Shown here in pieces: positions 36,338 to 38,321 of a DNA stretch of 38,321 nt. A program made the position numbers and the translations under genes. Under the pieces are notes generated by a model, which was not told where the DNA came from, made no database searches, and was given only the letters and a program-made list of their open reading frames with translations. The stretch lies in IMG/VR virus record IMGVR_UViG_3300020403_003104, positions 1-38,321 of that record; one strand, written 5' to 3'. Source of the DNA: a virus. Lineage: Duplodnaviria > Caudoviricetes. Numbering within the stretch: the first letter of the stretch is position 1; each line of letters starts with the position of its first letter.

Positions 36338-37511
36338 TTGGTTATTTTTTAGTGATGGGCTTCAGTTTGAAAGCTATGAGCAGTGGAGTAGCCCATGGGA
36401 ATTAGCTCATCCTACAGATAGGGATTGGAAAGTATCTCTTAAAGCCCTATCTAATCCAACAGATAAGAAAATTATAGTATTTGATGGTATAGAATCTGGT
36501 GGTTATTGGCCATTGATAGGTAGTGAAGCTGAACCTCTATTACATTTGATTCACACTCATTCACATCCAGATAATAAAATATGGTTTACAAATACTGATG
36601 CATATGCACAAAGAAATTATGAGGATTGGTGTAGTTTAGTAAATCCTAAGATGCGAATAAACGTTAAGCCTTTACATCCCGGTAATGATCTCTTTAAATT
36701 CATAAAGAGACATGATAAGTTCGATGGAGAGTTAAAGTTTAACAGAAAGCATAGGGTTATTTGTATGGTAAATAGACCTACTTATGCCAGATTGCTTACG
36801 CTTAGAGAGCTAGCAGGACTTAACGGCTTTACATATTCATATAACTGTACAGATCTTAGCTATGTACAAATAGATGGAGAATCAAATAACGAATGCTTTG
36901 ATATGCACTTAGGAATGACTGTAGAAGCTCCCTGGAGATATTCAGATGACGGAAATAAGATAGAGTTTTTAGATACCTCAGATTATGTTGACTTAAATTG
37001 CGGTGTCAATATGAGCAACAAAAGATTTGATCAGTCAAAAAGAGTAAATCTAAAGACAGTGCATAGTATGGAAGATGATCCGGATGCTTATCATGATTTC
37101 TTACCAGTGCAGGAATGGTTAGATTCTGACATAGATTTAGTATGTGAAACACATCAAGTAAGACAATTTCATTTTAGTGATAAAACTATGAGGCCTTTAG
37201 GGTTTGGTAAACCTTTCTTAGTCATTGGATGTCATGGATGGTATAAGGCTTTTAAAGAATTAGGATTTCAATTATATGATGAGCTATTCGATTATAGTTT
37301 TGATGATATTGAGCCATTTAATGATAGACATTCTGCTATATTATATCAAATAAAAAACATCCTAAATATGGATGAGACTATATTAAACAATAAACTACTT
37401 GAAATAAGAGATAAAATCTCTTATAATAAGAATCTCTTGTTAGGATATAGAGATTTTGAAATGAACGCGTTTGAAATGGCAAGATGTATAGACCATTACC
37501 AGAAAACATAA
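36324..37511 (+). CDS. ELFDYSFD family protein, paralogue 5
   Basis: Same motif set, SDKTMRPLGFGKPF. Confidence 0.75.
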   Translation: MTPDNWLFFSDGLQFESYEQWSSPWELAHPTDRDWKVSLKALSNPTDKKIIVFDGIESGGYWPLIGSEAEPLLHLIHTHSHPDNKIWFTNTDAYAQRNYEDWCSLVNPKMRINVKPLHPGNDLFKFIKRHDKFDGELKFNRKHRVICMVNRPTYARLLTLRELAGLNGFTYSYNCTDLSYVQIDGESNNECFDMHLGMTVEAPWRYSDDGNKIEFLDTSDYVDLNCGVNMSNKRFDQSKRVNLKTVHSMEDDPDAYHDFLPVQEWLDSDIDLVCETHQVRQFHFSDKTMRPLGFGKPFLVIGCHGWYKAFKELGFQLYDELFDYSFDDIEPFNDRHSAILYQIKNILNMDETILNNKLLEIRDKISYNKNLLLGYRDFEMNAFEMARCIDHYQKT

Positions 37512-37777
37512 CCATTAGAGATAGCGGTATACACGGTTTAGGTTTATTTGCTACAGCAGATATTGGTTATGGTACTATGATAGGTAAGATACATTTCCCA
37601 TCTAACAATCCAGATGAACCACATAGAACACCAATTGGTGCTTTTGGTAATCATTCAGATGATCCTAACTGTAGTAAGATGTATTTCGATGATGACGGAT
37701 CTTGGTGGGTATTTGCTAATAGAGATATTAAAGAAGGCGAAGAGATAACTTGGAAATATACTTTGTATGAGGTTTAA
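37484..37777 (+). CDS. Minimal SET-domain methyltransferase
   Basis: SGIHGLGLFA, NHSDDPNC, ANRDIKEGEEITWKY. Confidence 0.9.
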   Translation: MYRPLPENITIRDSGIHGLGLFATADIGYGTMIGKIHFPSNNPDEPHRTPIGAFGNHSDDPNCSKMYFDDDGSWWVFANRDIKEGEEITWKYTLYEV

Positions 37778-37866
37778 TGGAATGGATTTGGCTGTTTTTA
37801 AGTTTGTACCCTATATGGGTTGTAATCAATTTAATAACTCCTAGATTAGGACTACCATGTCTCTGA
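37777..37866 (+). CDS. Small membrane peptide (29 aa; 50 aa to 37929 if UGA is read through)
   Basis: MEWIWLFLSLYPIWVVINLITPRLGLPCL*; GAGG RBS and TAATG coupling. Confidence 0.55.
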   Translation: MEWIWLFLSLYPIWVVINLITPRLGLPCL

Positions 37867-38030
37867 GGACTAGCATTCACCCTCCGGTTCGGATGGGCAA
37901 GGATAAAAAAGAGATTAAACTCCCAATAGTCGATCATGGTGTTGATATCATAGGAGATGAATGGGAAATAGATATGGTTGTATCTGTAAATGTTAAGAAA
38001 AAAGAGAATGATGAAGACAAAGAAGACTAA
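37857..38030 (+). CDS. Hypothetical protein (57 aa, not in ORF track)
   Basis: MSLRTSIHPPVRMGKDKKEIKLP...; AGGA 5 nt upstream; alternative start at 37893. Confidence 0.5.
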   Translation: MSLRTSIHPPVRMGKDKKEIKLPIVDHGVDIIGDEWEIDMVVSVNVKKKENDEDKED

Positions 38031-38094
38031 ACACGAAGGTGATGAAGGAACAGTAGCATTTTGGTTATGGATGAAAGCAATATACAAGGATTAA
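38008..38094 (+). CDS. Possible 28 aa peptide
   Basis: MMKTKKTKHEGDEGTVAFWLWMKAIYKD*; stop abuts the next ATG. Confidence 0.35.
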   Translation: MMKTKKTKHEGDEGTVAFWLWMKAIYKD

Positions 38095-38313
38095 ATGAAG
38101 GGAGCCTTACTCGGGCTTTCGTTATTAGTAGGTGGATGCATCAGTGGAACACCGTGCGTAGATGGCAATTGGGATAAGTTTAACTGTATACCTATAGAAT
38201 CCTACGTTAATTATAATCAATGTATAGGTAAATGTGAAGTGGAGTTAACGCCTAAATCAAAACCATACAAACCTGATGAATGGATTAGGCCAAGACCCTA
38301 CGTATATCCTTGA
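38095..38313 (+). CDS. Small Cys-rich putative lipoprotein
   Basis: MKGALLGLSLLVGGC lipobox plus four further Cys; AAGGA RBS. Confidence 0.65.
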   Translation: MKGALLGLSLLVGGCISGTPCVDGNWDKFNCIPIESYVNYNQCIGKCEVELTPKSKPYKPDEWIRPRPYVYP

Positions 38314-38321
38314 GATTTTGA

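Noticed and set aside
2238-38087. All minus-strand ORFs in the track (e.g. 4457-4801, 17888-18397, 37728-38087)
   Set aside because: They lie antisense to well-supported + strand genes and have no motifs; they are shadows of codon bias
1-38321. CRISPR array, tRNA, intron/intein, homing endonuclease, or genome-wide stop-codon reassignment
   Set aside because: No spaced repeats or cloverleafs seen, intergenic gaps are tiny, and core genes are of normal length and uninterrupted under the standard code

Overview
AT-rich, gene-dense segment of a large T4-like (Tevenvirinae/Kyanoviridae-style, probably aquatic) phage genome, with essentially all genes on the + strand. It opens with T4-like core genes: the 3' end of major capsid gp23, gp3, uvsY, uvsW, late sigma factor gp55 and gp47/gp46. 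Next come peptide deformylase, queD and queE. A late virion/fibre module follows (Tyr-periodic repeat protein, fibre-like proteins, cupredoxin-motif protein, S8 protease), then AsnB-like and glycosyltransferase genes, ribosomal protein bS21, and iscU/iscA split by a probable internal head protein, and an AAA-like ATPase. The most striking region is a ~13.6 kb tightly coupled enzyme cluster (24163-37777). It encodes two Fe(II)/2OG-type oxygenases (one StrG-like), a duplicated CDGSH [2Fe-2S] protein, two SGNH-like proteins, a StrB1-like amidinotransferase, two radical SAM enzymes (one cobalamin-dependent), five paralogous putative glycosyltransferase-like proteins and a SET-domain methyltransferase. 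It looks like a phage-encoded tailoring pathway with its own Fe-S supply; its substrate is unknown. Non-coding highlights are three TTGATT-N17-TATAAT promoters (two back-to-back), a start-codon-sequestering hairpin, and a speculative UGA + SECIS-like hairpin in a small membrane ORF. All calls come from motif recognition by eye; no searches were run.
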